A stretch of 50,345 nt of DNA, counting the filler, from Stramenopiles sp. TOSAG23-3 (Eukaryota): the NCBI GenBank assembly GCA_900128585.1. It is 4 parts of 4 records of this genome, joined end to end, with 100 filler letters (N's around TTAATTAATTAA, not from the genome) between each part and the next. Parts side by side here need not be neighbours in the genome. Positions count along the whole stretch, not along the records: positions 1 to 23,046 come from LT642318.1; positions 23,147 to 46,133 come from LT642319.1; 2 more parts are not named here. One strand, given 5' to 3'. Made by a program: the position numbers and the translations under genes. Under the pieces are notes generated by a model. That model worked only from the letters and a program-made list of their open reading frames with translations, was not told where the DNA came from and did no database searches. This document shows positions 21,299-31,719 of the stretch, one piece after another; positions within the stretch are counted from its first letter, which is position 1, and each line of letters opens with the position of its first letter.

Positions 21299-22780
21299 TT
21301 ATTCAAAAAAAAATTCCTTTTCAAAAAACTCCATTAGTTTCCCCAGCATGTGGCGGTTGGTAGTCTTGATTTTGCGGGCACTAAGGAGCCTGTCGACGCA
21401 GTGTTCCAAATACCGCTTTGCTATGTCGAAGTCTGCGCGATTGCCGTTTCCCGTCCAGTACAGAGGGAATTCTCGCACCGGGGATGTGGCGTACAGTGAC
21501 GGTGCAACAAACTCGTCGTTAACGCAAGAGCGTGATCCTTTGCTCACAAGTTTGTAACGGAGAGGAATATTAAAAAAATCGCTCAAAAGGGAGACTAGAT
21601 GGCAAACGTAACCCAACGCCGTTGAAATGATTTCTTCATTGTTGCCTGTTAAATTTTTCAAAGGCAAGTGAAGGCCTCGAATACTGTAAATGGTTTGCCC
21701 CGCTTTGCTTTGCCCTGTGACAGGAAATATGGGATACATGCGTTTTAACTCGATCAGAATTTTAACTTCCCTTATTCGGCACTGTTGTTGAATTCGACGA
21801 AGCTGTGGCGCAGTGCCATTTTCGTCTCCCAGGCCATCTGGCCCTTTCGCCGGGCTTTTCACTTCCAACAACAAACTCGCATCGACGACTTCGCCTTTTA
21901 ATGTTTTGTACCTGGCCTTCAACAAGTCCCTCCTCTCGTTGTACTCTTCCTGCTCCCTCTTGAGGGACGCTTCCTCCCTTTGACACTGTGCCCGCAAATC
22001 CTGGACTCGTTTTTGGAGTTGGGCTTCTTCTAACGTCACCACCTCTTTCTCAACTTGCAGTTTCAAGATATTTGAAAACTTTTCTTGCAACTCACTGCGC
22101 TCCAGGTGCGTTTGCGTGATGGTGTCTTCTGTCACGGCTAATCGCTCCAGAAAAGTCTCCACATACGGCTTTGAAAACTGTGAAAAGTCTGTTGCCTCGG
22201 GGGCATGCACTACAATCCCTGTGGCAGCTTGCAAAATGCTCGCAGCATCCGGAGTGACAAAAAAACCGCACTCGCCTAGTTGAAACAGCACCATATTGAG
22301 CGGCAAGCGGTACAAGGACACCAGCTGTTTCAAATACAGCGGGACGAGCAGTTTTAAATCTATGAACTCGTGGACGATTAGCTTTGGCTCTGAATCTTCG
22401 CCGGGGTGGTTTGAATACATAAAAAATTCAAAAGCTTGGCACTGCCCCAAGATGTTGTCGGTGCCATCAACAACCTGCTCCCGCGGAAACCTGAGGGTCC
22501 ACGAGGGATTGAGTGTATTGAGCTCTGGTTTGCTCGTATAAATGACCTCCCCTTTCTCGTCACCTTTTGCAGGCTCTCTTATTTCAAAATAAAATTCATA
22601 ACGGGCCCCACTATTTACATTTTTATCAACGAACACTCTATCGAAACCATTCCAGTACATATTTCTACCAACAATTGATTTTAGTTGGGCTACCGACCGC
22701 TGCTCTGGCAAAAATATTTTAAACGTTCTCCCTGAGGCACCGCCGCCCCCGGCCTCGTTCAGCAGACTCCTCTCTGTCAT
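21299..22780 (-). CDS. UVRAG: UVRAG/Vps38-like subunit of the class III PI3K complex
   Basis: C2-like N-terminus (IYTSKPELNTLNPSW), central coiled coil, then YSIRGLHLP...EEIISTALGYVCHLVSLLSDFFNIPLRYKL...FPLY. Confidence 0.85.
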   Translation of the reverse strand: MTERSLLNEAGGGGASGRTFKIFLPEQRSVAQLKSIVGRNMYWNGFDRVFVDKNVNSGARYEFYFEIREPAKGDEKGEVIYTSKPELNTLNPSWTLRFPREQVVDGTDNILGQCQAFEFFMYSNHPGEDSEPKLIVHEFIDLKLLVPLYLKQLVSLYRLPLNMVLFQLGECGFFVTPDAASILQAATGIVVHAPEATDFSQFSKPYVETFLERLAVTEDTITQTHLERSELQEKFSNILKLQVEKEVVTLEEAQLQKRVQDLRAQCQREEASLKREQEEYNERRDLLKARYKTLKGEVVDASLLLEVKSPAKGPDGLGDENGTAPQLRRIQQQCRIREVKILIELKRMYPIFPVTGQSKAGQTIYSIRGLHLPLKNLTGNNEEIISTALGYVCHLVSLLSDFFNIPLRYKLVSKGSRSCVNDEFVAPSLYATSPVREFPLYWTGNGNRADFDIAKRYLEHCVDRLLSARKIKTTNRHMLGKLMEFFEKEFFFE

Positions 22781-23046
22781 TAGAAATGCTTTTTGCTAAG
22801 GGCTAACCAACGGCAAATGCTGTTTCTCTGCCCCTCTCTCTAATCCAATCAGGTCAAATCTGAATTCTTGAAATTTGTATAATTCCATTTTCGTTTCTAA
22901 AATCAATCACATCATCGTGTATTTTTTCGCAACATCTATTATTTTATTATGTATTTTAATTAAAACACCACAAACCCCACCACCATCTCTTCTTCTTCTT
23001 TTCTCTCTCCCCTTCCCTCCCTCCTCTCATTATTATTATTATTATA

Positions 23047-23146
23047 NNNNNNNNNNNNNNNNNNNNNNNNNNNNNNNNNNNNNNNNNNNNTTAATTAATT
23101 AANNNNNNNNNNNNNNNNNNNNNNNNNNNNNNNNNNNNNNNNNNNN
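23047..23146. other. Artificial contig-joining linker
   Basis: 44 N + TTAATTAATTAA (stops in all six frames) + 44 N; identical design at three sites. Confidence 0.97.
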
Positions 23147-24297
23147 TTCTCTCTTCCTTCTCTTCTTCTTCTTTTTTTTAATTTTAATACTACTACCGTA
23201 TGCTATCATCAAAGGGAGGAGGTACTTTTTCAAAATTTTATTCATCTTTAATTTTAGTTGTTTACTTACTTCAAACAAAATATTTAAAACAATTTTAACA
23301 CTGTAATAATATTGTTTTAATTATGTATAAATAATGCAATAAATATTTCATAGGCATTTCTTTCTAGTCTTTCTTTCTACTTGCCAGCATTTCAAAATAC
23401 AATCAATTGTAAAAGGGACACAGCATAGTTTATCTACGGGAGCAGAATGGGATTACATTAAATAGCATTAGATCAAAATATTTGAATTTTTTATAACTGT
23501 AGTAGGTGAAGCGAAAACTTCGCCGCCCGCTACCCACCATATTTCTCCCATTATGTGCCTTTGTATTTATAATTTGTATTTAATTACATTTTATTCTACA
23601 GAAAATTTGATAGGTAGAAAAACAAACTGTAACACTACAGAAGGAAGGCAACAGAAGAACATCAGAATAACACTGAGTATTAAATTCATATTTGAGATAA
23701 GGAAAAAAAGAAAGAAGTGATAAATCGACTGCAAACTGCAAGCGACGATTAATTACTTCAGTAGGAAGGAGGAAATCTTCGTCGTATTACGGTATTATGA
23801 GAGTAGAAGAACTATTTTAATCGTCTTCTAGACTACATAGTCGTCTAGTTAAATATATGTCATTTAGCAATTATTCGCTTTTCTACGATCAAAATTTTGT
23901 TGTTGTATCCAAAAAAACTGCAACTTTACAACACACGGGCAATAAAAGGAACAAAAAGAAAGAGTCGAATTCGGCAATTGGGACACACCATCAATGAGAG
24001 GCCTGGTTGTACTTGTTGTTTAAAAACTACTATCATCGTTCTTTGGCTATTTGTGTTGTTGTTGGTATTATTGGTATGTACCGGTAGTATGTCGTCGTCA
24101 ACAACAACAACAACGAAAAAATAAATAAATTATAAAGTCGTCAGTTTTTTGCAAAGCAAGACTTCTTTGGTGGTGATTTTTGGATTACTTCATTAACTAA
24201 CTATTCATAAACAAAGAAAATAGAAAGCAATTCGCAAAAGGAACGGAGCGATGACCAATATACATCTTCTCATAACTCTGTATAGAGACACCAAACC

Positions 24298-27200
24298 ATG
24301 AGTACAGCTTCAGGGCTCGATGGCCAGGCCATGGGAACATTCGTGGAAAATTTGGACACAGACCTTAAGCATGGAGGCGCAGCTGCAACGGTCGACACGA
24401 CTATCAAAAACACGTTAAAGAAATATTTTGCTTGGGATGTGGACGAAGACATGGAGGCAATGTGCGAAAAATTTACAGTTTCAGAAGATGGTACGCTTAC
24501 TCGTTCGAAAACAGTCAGGCCAGTCGAAAGTATGAAAATCGAGGGTTATTCAAAAGAGTTTCGAGAGAATTATATCGCGGACTTGGAAGCTGCCAGGTCT
24601 GACAAAATTTTCGCTTCAGATGACATTAACGATCACTTAATAGACTTACACCTGTTCGTTATGGAATCTTTGAAATTTTACCCGTTAGATTTCAAGGTAG
24701 AATTTGTGCAAGAGGTCGCGGAAATGTTCGAAAATGTGAGGGATAGTTCGTTTTTTACAAAGAAGATCGCAAAGATCAAGGACACCTTTGCGGAAGACGC
24801 CCGGGAAGATTCCAGGGAAATTGAGAAAGACGACAACTTGCCCTTCCTCAGGCACTGCGAAGAGTTCGAGTTTTTGATGTCGCGGTTATCCAGCAAGACG
24901 CTACTTCACGAGTCGTTCGAGAGCAACTACGATAGCGTGTACAATCCCGACGCTGAAGACTATTCCAAAATGTCCGAAGATCTGTTCACTTTATGGGAGG
25001 AGACAAAGGACGAGTCGGTAGAAAATAGAAGAATTTTGAAACAGAGGACTTACGAAGAATTGCAGAGCACTCCGGATCAGTTTGAGCGATCCTTTATGGA
25101 TGGGATCCAGCTTGTATTTAAAAAAATGCATGAAACAAAAGGTGCGTATTGGGATTTTTTCTGGGAAATGTGCGACAACGGGAGAGATGTGAGGGTGCTC
25201 GATACTTTACGCTTAGATGCACTCGATGTCGAGGTAATCAAGAACGAGGTCCAGCACAGGGGGCGCGGCATTCTCCACCCAATCTTGCTACGGAAATACT
25301 TGGTTGATCTTCAGAATTACAGAGAAGCATTTCGAAAAATGAAAATAATGAGCTTCACCATTGAAACGGACACAGACCACGTGTACGAAAATGCACTCAG
25401 GGGCCTAATTTCGCACGGGATCAGGTTGTTTAGCCCAGACGAGTATCTACATTTTCTTGGTAGTGCAAAGCTTGTTCGTATAAACATAGACGACAAGTTC
25501 ATCGACATTATCTGCGACAAAGCCTGGAAAGACAAGCAGAAAGAAAAGTACGGCAATGCACTTGTTCAAAATGCAATGAAAGCCAGGGCAGAAGCCCAAA
25601 ATTGCGTGTATAGAATACCTGACCCTGATGACGTGGTCCCAAACAAAAAATGGCTGGAGTACTGCGAGAACGAGCGCATCGAGCAATCATTGCACTACTA
25701 CGAATTCGAGGAAGAGTCGAAAAGCAGAGACAAGGTGCGGAACAGGTTACGCAAGTCTGTCATGTCTAAAAGCACGTTTTCTGAAGAAGAGGAGGATGAC
25801 CCTGACCAGTTTGAAATCGCGGCAATGAGTAAGCACAAAGCCGGTGCTTACCAAGATTCCCCGATGGGCAAGCAAACGTCCAGTGGTTTTGCAGACTCTC
25901 GAAAGAATAAGCAAACGCCGTTACGCAGAGCCAGCAGCGAAGAAGTCCCGGCAGCCGATAAGATGCCTATTATAGAGAGTTTCATTGATTACAATTTATG
26001 GCCAAAGTTCGACAGGAACAGAGACGGGAACCTAGATGTTATCGAAACGAAACAAATGCTGGCGCACTACACAAAGAAAGAAATAAGTGCAAACAAATGC
26101 GCCCAGTTCTTGTCCAGCATAAGCGAGGAGGGCAACGAGTCTATCAAAAAGGCTGACTTTGCAACTTTTCTCGGAATCGGCATGACGCTGTCAGCAGCTG
26201 AACTGGAAGAATACTCTGCACGGAGCGCCCTGCACCAAATTTTGGCGTTGTTAATAGTGGAACTGAACGAGCAGATGAAGAAGCCCTTCGAAGGGAAAAC
26301 AGTATCAAGGAGAAAAAACCAAAGAGGAGACGAACCTGGGGACGAGCCCTTAAGCACCCCGCAAAAGCCCGAAGAGCCGAAATCGACGAAGAGTGGAAGA
26401 ACTATACACCACAAAACCGAAGACATGAACAGGTTTTTGTCTCTCATGTGGAGTCACTACGATCCGGAAAATCTTGGAACTATGGATTACCAGCATCTTC
26501 AGGAACTTATGACACATTACACAGGGCACGTTTTGGACGAGGATCTACAAGCCGAATTCAACGTGTTTGTGACAATGCTAGACCAAGACAAAAGTGGGTA
26601 TCTTGATCGCACGGAGGTGTCAAACTTTATTACTTTTGGAGCGAATATGACAAACACAGAGCAGAAAATGTATTCTTCGCAGAGCAGGTTCCACGCAATA
26701 GTCACTACCTTTTTTATAGGGCTCCAAAAAGCTATGGTAGATTTCAATAAGTTGTTTGCGAGAGTTTTAAAAATAGCCGCATTCAAAGGCTCGATCAGTT
26801 ACGCGGCAATGAAAACCTTGATGTATCAATTTACGAGTGATGTAGAAATAGCTGGTGAACTCGAAATAAGCTTTAACATGTTCTTGGCAAAATTCAACAA
26901 GGGCACCCCAAACTCGTTAACGAAAGATGGGTTGGAAGCCATGGTAGCTTTTGGCATTGCAATGAACCGCAAAGAGCGTAGAGCATACGCAAAAAGAGGG
27001 CAAATTGAGAAGATTTTAGTAACCTTTTACAACAGACTTGAGGGTCATCACGAGAAGAGAAAGTCTATAGCTCAGGAATCAGGGGAAGCGATAATTGCGA
27101 AGAGGGCCGAGAACCTCGAGAAATTTTTAACTGAGGTCGTGTGGAATGAGCTCGATGCCGGGGTCGAATTAGCAGATTTGGATTCAAGCCATGCGAAGAA

Positions 27201-27465
27201 GCTGTTTGAAAAGTATACCAAACATCACATGATCAGCGAAAGTGATTGCCAAAAGCTGTTGAATCATTTGGACAAAGACCAATCTGGAAAGGTGAACCAT
27301 GAAGAGCTTGCAAAATTCGTCTCGGTCGGCTTTGCGCTATCTGCGGAACAAAGAGAGCGGTATGCACGCCAGGGAAATTTTCACGTAATGATCGTCGAAT
27401 TTTTTGAGGCGATGGACACCGAATTAAAAGAATACGAAAAAAGTCACAATATTCACGTTCGTTAA
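24298..27465 (+). CDS. Large acidic multi-EF-hand protein with four ~100-aa C-terminal repeat units
   Basis: EF loops DRNRDGNLDVIE, DQDKSGYLDRTE, DKDQSGKVNHEE plus degenerate ones; 1055-aa ATG-initiated ORF. Confidence 0.8.
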   Translation: MSTASGLDGQAMGTFVENLDTDLKHGGAAATVDTTIKNTLKKYFAWDVDEDMEAMCEKFTVSEDGTLTRSKTVRPVESMKIEGYSKEFRENYIADLEAARSDKIFASDDINDHLIDLHLFVMESLKFYPLDFKVEFVQEVAEMFENVRDSSFFTKKIAKIKDTFAEDAREDSREIEKDDNLPFLRHCEEFEFLMSRLSSKTLLHESFESNYDSVYNPDAEDYSKMSEDLFTLWEETKDESVENRRILKQRTYEELQSTPDQFERSFMDGIQLVFKKMHETKGAYWDFFWEMCDNGRDVRVLDTLRLDALDVEVIKNEVQHRGRGILHPILLRKYLVDLQNYREAFRKMKIMSFTIETDTDHVYENALRGLISHGIRLFSPDEYLHFLGSAKLVRINIDDKFIDIICDKAWKDKQKEKYGNALVQNAMKARAEAQNCVYRIPDPDDVVPNKKWLEYCENERIEQSLHYYEFEEESKSRDKVRNRLRKSVMSKSTFSEEEEDDPDQFEIAAMSKHKAGAYQDSPMGKQTSSGFADSRKNKQTPLRRASSEEVPAADKMPIIESFIDYNLWPKFDRNRDGNLDVIETKQMLAHYTKKEISANKCAQFLSSISEEGNESIKKADFATFLGIGMTLSAAELEEYSARSALHQILALLIVELNEQMKKPFEGKTVSRRKNQRGDEPGDEPLSTPQKPEEPKSTKSGRTIHHKTEDMNRFLSLMWSHYDPENLGTMDYQHLQELMTHYTGHVLDEDLQAEFNVFVTMLDQDKSGYLDRTEVSNFITFGANMTNTEQKMYSSQSRFHAIVTTFFIGLQKAMVDFNKLFARVLKIAAFKGSISYAAMKTLMYQFTSDVEIAGELEISFNMFLAKFNKGTPNSLTKDGLEAMVAFGIAMNRKERRAYAKRGQIEKILVTFYNRLEGHHEKRKSIAQESGEAIIAKRAENLEKFLTEVVWNELDAGVELADLDSSHAKKLFEKYTKHHMISESDCQKLLNHLDKDQSGKVNHEELAKFVSVGFALSAEQRERYARQGNFHVMIVEFFEAMDTELKEYEKSHNIHVR

Positions 27466-27628
27466 AGTAAAAAATACAGAAAGGAAGAGTGTTATTCGGT
27501 GTCGTATTTTTTTTTACCTTTCTCCAGCGGTGTCGTGAATTGCTTTCAGAACAACAGATTTACTAGAATCAATTATTGAGATTAAATTTATTCATTTTAA
27601 TTCTTTAACCAGTTTTATTTTTAGCCAA

Positions 27629-27722
27629 TAAATAACAGCCAATATTCTTGTTTTTAAATTTTGTAAGCTAAATTTAATTACTTAAATAACAGCCAATTTT
27701 CTTGTTTTTTTAAATTTTGTAA
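27629..27722 (+). repeat. Dispersed element (full copy 27671-27707 plus a tandem partial copy 27629-27666) in a convergent spacer
   Basis: TAAATAACAGCCAAT(A/T)TTCTTGTTTTT..AAATTTTGTAA occurs twice in tandem. Confidence 0.9.
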
Positions 27723-27772
27723 TGCCCAAACTGTGCCAGTCACCAGCATCTTCGAATTTTATAAAACTGTTC

Positions 27773-28708
27773 TTACGAATACAATTTTATCAACTCGTCC
27801 GACACTGCAGCCGTGGTAAGAACGCCTAAATCTGTGAATAACAGTGTGATATAAGATGGGGGCGTGTAATCACTTGTAGGACTAGTCATTTGCAAAAGTT
27901 CGGAATTTTCCGACTGCAATGATTTGCCGAAGTCCAAGCAAGGGACGATCGCATGTTGGTTCTTCGACGATGGAAGATCATCTTGGTTCAGCGGATACAA
28001 TCGTGCGAATTTATAACTTTCTGCGGCCACGTACAAGGGTTTCCTGAACGCATTTGCTACTACCGCCAATTGGTACGTTCCGACCTTATTAACAATACCC
28101 CCGTTTTCAACGACGCCAGAAGCGCCAACAAGGCACATATCTACTTTCCCCATTGTATACGCAACCGCTGAATCTAAAATTACCGTACAAGGTATACTGT
28201 GCTTCGTCAAAATTCCTGCCGTAACATACCCGTCCCCGTCCCCTACTACCCCTCTGCTCTCTGTGATAATCACGTTAAACGTTTTTGATTTCGCTGCATT
28301 TAACAAAACTTGTGTGACGACCCGGGAGTGCCCATGTATCAAAATGGTTGCATCGTCCCTTATGAACCTTTCCCCGTGAGTTGCGATGGTTTCCCTACTT
28401 TCCACCGCTTTTTCCATGAACCGCTCTCCACGCTCCACTATTGCCCGTTTGCACGACTCAAAGTCTCTACCATCGTCAAAGGTTCTTGTGACGTCGTTGA
28501 GAAACAAATCACACCCGGCTTTCAGAGAAATTGAGTACTCGCCGTACGACGTCAAATCGTCCGCAGCACTACGAATTTCAACGACAAGGCTCATCATGGT
28601 ACTCGCCGTGCTTCTCTGCAACATACGCGTCAGCGCCCGAATTGCCGCCACGGCGCTAGACACGTCGGGCGAGGCCGAGAAAGCCTTGAAGTCTTCTAAA
28701 ACACTCAT
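27773..28708 (-). CDS. EIF2B1: Translation initiation factor eIF-2B subunit alpha
   Basis: VAAIRAL; SLKAGCDLF; ILIHGHSRVV; VILDSAVAY; VVENGGIVNKVGTYQ; VAAESYKFARLYPLNQ; DYTPPSYITLLFTDLGVLT...VSDELIKLY. ATG at 28708. Confidence 0.96.
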   Translation of the reverse strand: MSVLEDFKAFSASPDVSSAVAAIRALTRMLQRSTASTMMSLVVEIRSAADDLTSYGEYSISLKAGCDLFLNDVTRTFDDGRDFESCKRAIVERGERFMEKAVESRETIATHGERFIRDDATILIHGHSRVVTQVLLNAAKSKTFNVIITESRGVVGDGDGYVTAGILTKHSIPCTVILDSAVAYTMGKVDMCLVGASGVVENGGIVNKVGTYQLAVVANAFRKPLYVAAESYKFARLYPLNQDDLPSSKNQHAIVPCLDFGKSLQSENSELLQMTSPTSDYTPPSYITLLFTDLGVLTTAAVSDELIKLYS

Positions 28709-29194
28709 CACGCACGTTCTTTGACAAAATGCTTGCCAATCAAGATTTTCTTCGCGTCTTCTTGAAAAGGAATTTTTTTCCTATCCATCCATCCTCCCAT
28801 CCATCCACCCCTTCATCCATTCTTTCTATCGATAGATGAAAAGTGAAATAATCAATGGCACACATACCGTATTAATGTCACTACCAATATTATATTACAG
28901 AGAGCAAATATATAAAAACAAAAAAAAACATTTGTACTTGTAAAGGGAACACTACGAGTAAGTATAAAAAATTGGTAAGTTTCCCCCTCATTTTACGTGT
29001 TATTCAATGTTATTTTATGCAAGACTAACTCCCTGCTAGTTTTTTAATTAAAAAAAAAAGGATTCGACTACTATTTTACTGTATTTAAAATATATAATTT
29101 ATTATTTATTATATTTTAATTTTTTTAGAAGAAGAAGAACAACAACAAAAAGAAGAAGCGCCAACACACAATCAACAACCACCGAGAGACAAAC

Positions 29195-29391
29195 CTCTCT
29201 TCTTCTTTTTTCTTCTTCTTCTTCTTCTTTCTTCTTTTTTCTTCTTCTTCTTCTTCTTCTTCTTTCTTCTTCTTCTTCTTCTTCTTCTTCTTCTTCTTCT
29301 TTCTTCTTCTTCTTCTTTTCTTCTTTCTTTTCTTCTTCTTTTTCTTCTTCTTCCTTCTTCTTCTTTCTTCTTCTTCTTCTTCTTTCTCTTT
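29195..29391. repeat. ~200-bp pure polypyrimidine (TTC)n tract
   Basis: Imperfect TTC repeats in the divergent spacer between eIF2B-alpha and the next gene. Confidence 0.95.
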
Positions 29392-29949
29392 GTGATGGAT
29401 GGGGGGCTTCCCAACGACCATCCACAAAATCATAAAAAATAACTAGTATTTAATAATCCAGGATGGATTATTTAGTAGAAATTCCGTAGCTTCTTCTTTC
29501 TTCTTCTCGTTTGTTAAATAAAAAAAAATAATAAATAAAAAAAGAAGATTTTGTATCTTTTAATAATTACATACAGTATATAATTCTTTTAAATTAAATA
29601 CGAGGAAATGTTAAGTTTAGGTTTTATATACTTTTTAATGAATAAAATACTTTTTCTTTCCTTTATAAAGTAAAGATATATATAATGTTTAAACAAAACG
29701 ATGTCCTTAAATTATTACACAAAATTGGACGACACAAGCCGCCTTGGTCCTCCTTGTTGGTGCCTCTTTGTTGGTGTGGTGAGATACAAAGGGGTTATTT
29801 ATTTACTTACAGTTTGCAGGTATTGTCAAATTAAGCAACACAGAAGGCTTCTCTTTTCCTGATTAAGAATTAACCTCTTCGCCACTTTGGGCTTGCAAAG
29901 AAGGACTCATTGGCACGTTCTGGAGTGCACTATTATTAGGGCGAGAACG

Positions 29950-31221
29950 ATGTTTGCTATTCGTGCAACAATGAGGGTGCCCCTCGCAAGGTCGCTTACG
30001 ATGGGGGCGCCTGGGAGGACGCTTGGAAGGACGCCGGGTGTGTGTCGCCCTGTACGTGCGCATGGCACGATGCCATTCCTACCGCGCTCTTTGCGCCGGT
30101 TTCATAATCCAAGAAATTCGGCACAAGCTCCATGGTTGATGGGAAGGCCACGGTGGATTCAACGACCTCAAGCACGGTCAGTGTTCACGAAAACTAAGGC
30201 TAAACGTGAGAAGTCGAATACGGACACGTTCCAGGTGACGCGCCCGACGACAACGAAAGAAATATTGCAATTGGATGGTATGGTGTACACTGGCGCCGTA
30301 ATGTTCGGGGGTATTGCCATCTTCTTGAACACATCCACAAAAGAAGAGAAAAGGGACTGGCTGCTGTGGAGCATGCGCTTATTTCGCGACGCGGGCATCC
30401 GCAAGGAACACGTGAACGACGAGGTGTTGGCCACAAACATTGCAACGCTTCTTGAAAGTGGATGCAACAACATTTTAGCCTCTCCACTGTTTTATTCCGT
30501 GTGGCACTTGATCCATCGGCAGAGCCTGGGAGTTTCGATCCTCCGGGGATTTACGGGGACGCTTCGAATTGTCCCGTTTATGACTGCCTTTTACTGCTTT
30601 GCAGCGTACATCGTGCCGTACGCCACGCAGCATTTTCTGAAACAGGGCGATGAGTATGAAACTGCATACCAGAAAAGCCAGTACAGCCTAGTGTTTGGTA
30701 TTTCAATTGTTGAGACGATCGTGGAACTTATGGGCTGTGGCGTTGGCCTCAACCAAATGACTTTGGCACCATTGCTGTTGTTTTACCCGGCTCTGATTGG
30801 TCGTATCGTCAGTGGTGTCCTGTTGCAGATAAAGAAAACCGGGGCCGAGTTCGAAAACATCCTGCCCGCCAGCTACAGGGACGAAAATGCCCCAGAGTGG
30901 CAGCAAAGCGTCAGCAAAGCATTGGATTTGTTGGCCATCGACGAGTCCTTTTTCATCACCCTTTTTGGAACTAGTGTGTTTCAGCACATTTTAAACGGTG
31001 TAACTTTTATCATGCTGACGCGCGGAAAGGCCACAACGTTGGGCGACATCGGACGATACATGAAAGAAGGCGGCTTTGCCCAATTGCTCCGAACGATCGG
31101 GATGCGTTTTTCATTTTGCCTGGGTTGGAATTGGCTGAGTTCGCAGAAGAAAGATACATCGTTCGTTCAGCTCGCAATCGACAAATCAAAAGAAGGTGAA
31201 AAAGCTTCGCTCTCAGAGTAA
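29950..31221 (+). CDS. Multi-pass membrane protein with mitochondrial presequence-like N-terminus; possibly a divergent mitochondrial carrier fold
   Basis: First ATG at 29950; Arg-rich, acid-free N-terminus (MFAIRATMRVPLARSL); several hydrophobic segments; carrier-like fragments GVSILRGFTGTLRIVP and KEGGFAQLLRTIGMR. Confidence 0.65.
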   Translation: MFAIRATMRVPLARSLTMGAPGRTLGRTPGVCRPVRAHGTMPFLPRSLRRFHNPRNSAQAPWLMGRPRWIQRPQARSVFTKTKAKREKSNTDTFQVTRPTTTKEILQLDGMVYTGAVMFGGIAIFLNTSTKEEKRDWLLWSMRLFRDAGIRKEHVNDEVLATNIATLLESGCNNILASPLFYSVWHLIHRQSLGVSILRGFTGTLRIVPFMTAFYCFAAYIVPYATQHFLKQGDEYETAYQKSQYSLVFGISIVETIVELMGCGVGLNQMTLAPLLLFYPALIGRIVSGVLLQIKKTGAEFENILPASYRDENAPEWQQSVSKALDLLAIDESFFITLFGTSVFQHILNGVTFIMLTRGKATTLGDIGRYMKEGGFAQLLRTIGMRFSFCLGWNWLSSQKKDTSFVQLAIDKSKEGEKASLSE

Positions 31222-31719
31222 ATGAATTGGTGAAACCTGTTTGAAGGCCATCGCCGGTAGTATAAAATAAGGTGTGGGTATGAGGACCGGACCGCCAGAA
31301 AAAGAATACAGCGACAATGTGCTGCCCCCCTGAGGATTATTATATATTGCATTTGTTGTTGTTGGTGGTGGTATTTTTTTATTTATTATTATTTTTTATG
31401 TTTTATCATCACTAATTATTTATATACTAGTCTATGATATATCTATATTATTATTTATCTATAATATTCTTCTACTAAAAATAAAATTGATGATGATGAG
31501 GAGAAGATGATGATGATGGGGCGGGGGGGGGAGGAGGTGGATAAAAAATACTACTATACTTTTGCGACGAGAAGATGTTTTAAAATTGTTAAAATAGATA
31601 GGTAGATGGAACCTAAGATAGCTGGAACCTGTTGACGCGAAGATCTAAAAATTATTTAGAAAAGAAAGCGATAAAGCACCGAAACAAAAAATAACAATTG
31701 TCAAACGCTATTAATTATT

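Noticed and set aside
27629-27722. CRISPR-like reading of the ~35-bp repeat
   Set aside because: Only two tandem copies, the others are kilobases apart, there are no regular spacers or cas genes, and the context is eukaryotic.
28783-28822. (CCAT)n run upstream of eIF2B-alpha
   Set aside because: A short degenerate microsatellite with no second comparable occurrence to suggest function.
29102-29433. Poly-K/E/R ORFs here and poly-L/F ORFs at 2602-2952, 5080-5421, 16404-16601 and 45816-46185
   Set aside because: Translations of TTC/GAA and other microsatellites in intergenic DNA.
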